Shown here in pieces: positions 32,803-33,322 of a stretch of 33,322 nt of DNA. The position numbers and the translations under genes were made by a program. The stretch is from Candidatus Paceibacter sp. (GTDB taxonomy: Bacteria; Patescibacteriota; Minisyncoccia; UBA6257; HR35), in the NCBI GenBank assembly GCA_023255765.1, contig JAGDVT010000033.1, positions 1 to 33,322 of the forward strand, read 5' to 3'. The notes under the pieces are model-generated. The model saw nothing but the letters and a program-made list of their open reading frames with translations, was not told the DNA's origin and did not search any database. Position 1 is the stretch's first letter. Every line of letters begins with the position of its first letter.

Positions 32803-33272
32803 GGTTTAAATAATTCCAAAATTCCTAATTTGTTTTTTGCTATCATATTAATTATTATAAGAAAAATAGCGATAAAAACCCAATTATCTTTTAAAGAGAT
32901 TTTTTCAAAAAAATCACTTTTTCTTTTTAATTTATTTAAAATGTGCAAAAAGAAAATAATAGCGAAACCAAAAATAATTAGAAAGAAATTTAATGGGAAA
33001 TCAATAAATGAAGTTAATATAGGAATAATATAGTATTCTTCCTCGTAAAATAATGTTTCTTTAAACATTTTATTTAAAAAATAAATAAGTAAAAATACCC
33101 AAAAAGCCCCTAATAATCTCCAAACAAAATCTTTATAAATATGATGATATGTATAAGAGATAAAATAAAAAATAGATTGATTCGGCGGTAATAAATTTCT
33201 CGAAATAGGATGACTTGCCCAAACTATATATTGAACGTATTCTAAGTAAATAATATAAAACAAAGCTAACAA
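32799..33272 (-). CDS. Hypothetical polytopic membrane protein, 157 aa
   Basis: Several hydrophobic helices. TTG start in the track, with an in-frame TAA three codons upstream. ATGA-type 4-nt overlap with pilB. No motif recognised. Confidence 0.45.
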   Translation of the reverse strand: MLALFYIIYLEYVQYIVWASHPISRNLLPPNQSIFYFISYTYHHIYKDFVWRLLGAFWVFLLIYFLNKMFKETLFYEEEYYIIPILTSFIDFPLNFFLIIFGFAIIFFLHILNKLKRKSDFFEKISLKDNWVFIAIFLIIINMIAKNKLGILELFKP

Positions 33273-33322
33273 AAAATAAATTAAAAATATTAAAATCCAA
33301 TAAATTTTTTCTTTCCTTCTGA

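Noticed and set aside
32799-33272. The 157-aa membrane protein upstream of pilB as a prepilin peptidase (PilD).
   Set aside because: I found no GxGDxK-type aspartyl protease motifs, and the protein is much shorter than A24 peptidases. It stays as hypothetical.
1-33322. Alternative genetic code (UGA reassigned, as in some candidate phyla or mycoplasmas).
   Set aside because: TGA functions as a stop at well-defined gene ends, for example the VirB4 N-part at 3243-3245 and the HExxH ORF at 19568-19570. All conserved proteins are full length under the standard code.
1-33322. CRISPR arrays, insertion sequences, rRNA genes and long direct or inverted repeats.
   Set aside because: Reading the window, I found no regularly spaced repeats, transposase-like ORFs or rRNA-like GC-rich stretches. 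The only DNA-level repeat noted is the 18-nt near-duplicate inside the 1091-aa gene.

Overview
Very AT-rich, extremely gene-dense bacterial chromosome fragment. Nearly every base is coding, and many neighbouring genes share ATGA or TAATG stop/start overlaps. Standard genetic code applies, since TGA, TAA and TAG all act as stops. The gene content, with shortened core proteins, suggests a reduced-genome, CPR/Patescibacteria-like bacterium; this is inference, as no rRNA is present. There are three blocks. (1) 1-12693, all minus strand: a hypothetical membrane protein, a YraN-like protein, an FtsB/DivIC-like protein and tRNA-Thr, followed 4 nt later by a ten-gene, translationally coupled type IV secretion (T4SS)-like operon. 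That operon encodes a bitopic protein, a 1091-aa secreted coiled-coil giant, an 839-aa VirB6-like polytopic protein, a K/E-rich protein, a PrgI/VirB3-like protein, a VirB4 ATPase split into two ORFs, two small envelope proteins, and a VirB2-like pilin candidate that runs off the window edge. I could recognise no relaxase, VirD4 coupling protein, integrase or cell-wall hydrolase. (2) 12733-19615: leuS, a small secreted P/G-rich protein, tRNA-Ile with a UAU anticodon, hsp20, a PrsW-like protease, a C-terminally short valS, an HExxH protein and tRNA-Val. (3) 19544-33272, all minus strand, read in transcription order: a membrane protein, pilB and pilC, lysS, tRNA-Ala and tRNA-Pro, infA-rpmJ-rpsM-rpsK-rpsD-rpoA-rplQ, rpsP, an M16 peptidase, an AI-2E transporter, a YkuK-like protein, infC-rpmI, a LOG-like protein, MgtC, a permease and tRNA-Val. 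The rpoA encodes only the N-terminal domain, and infC lacks a canonical start codon. No CRISPR array, transposase or rRNA was seen. The main candidate for a novel system is the chromosomally embedded T4SS-like operon, in which more than half of the coding length has no family I can recognise.
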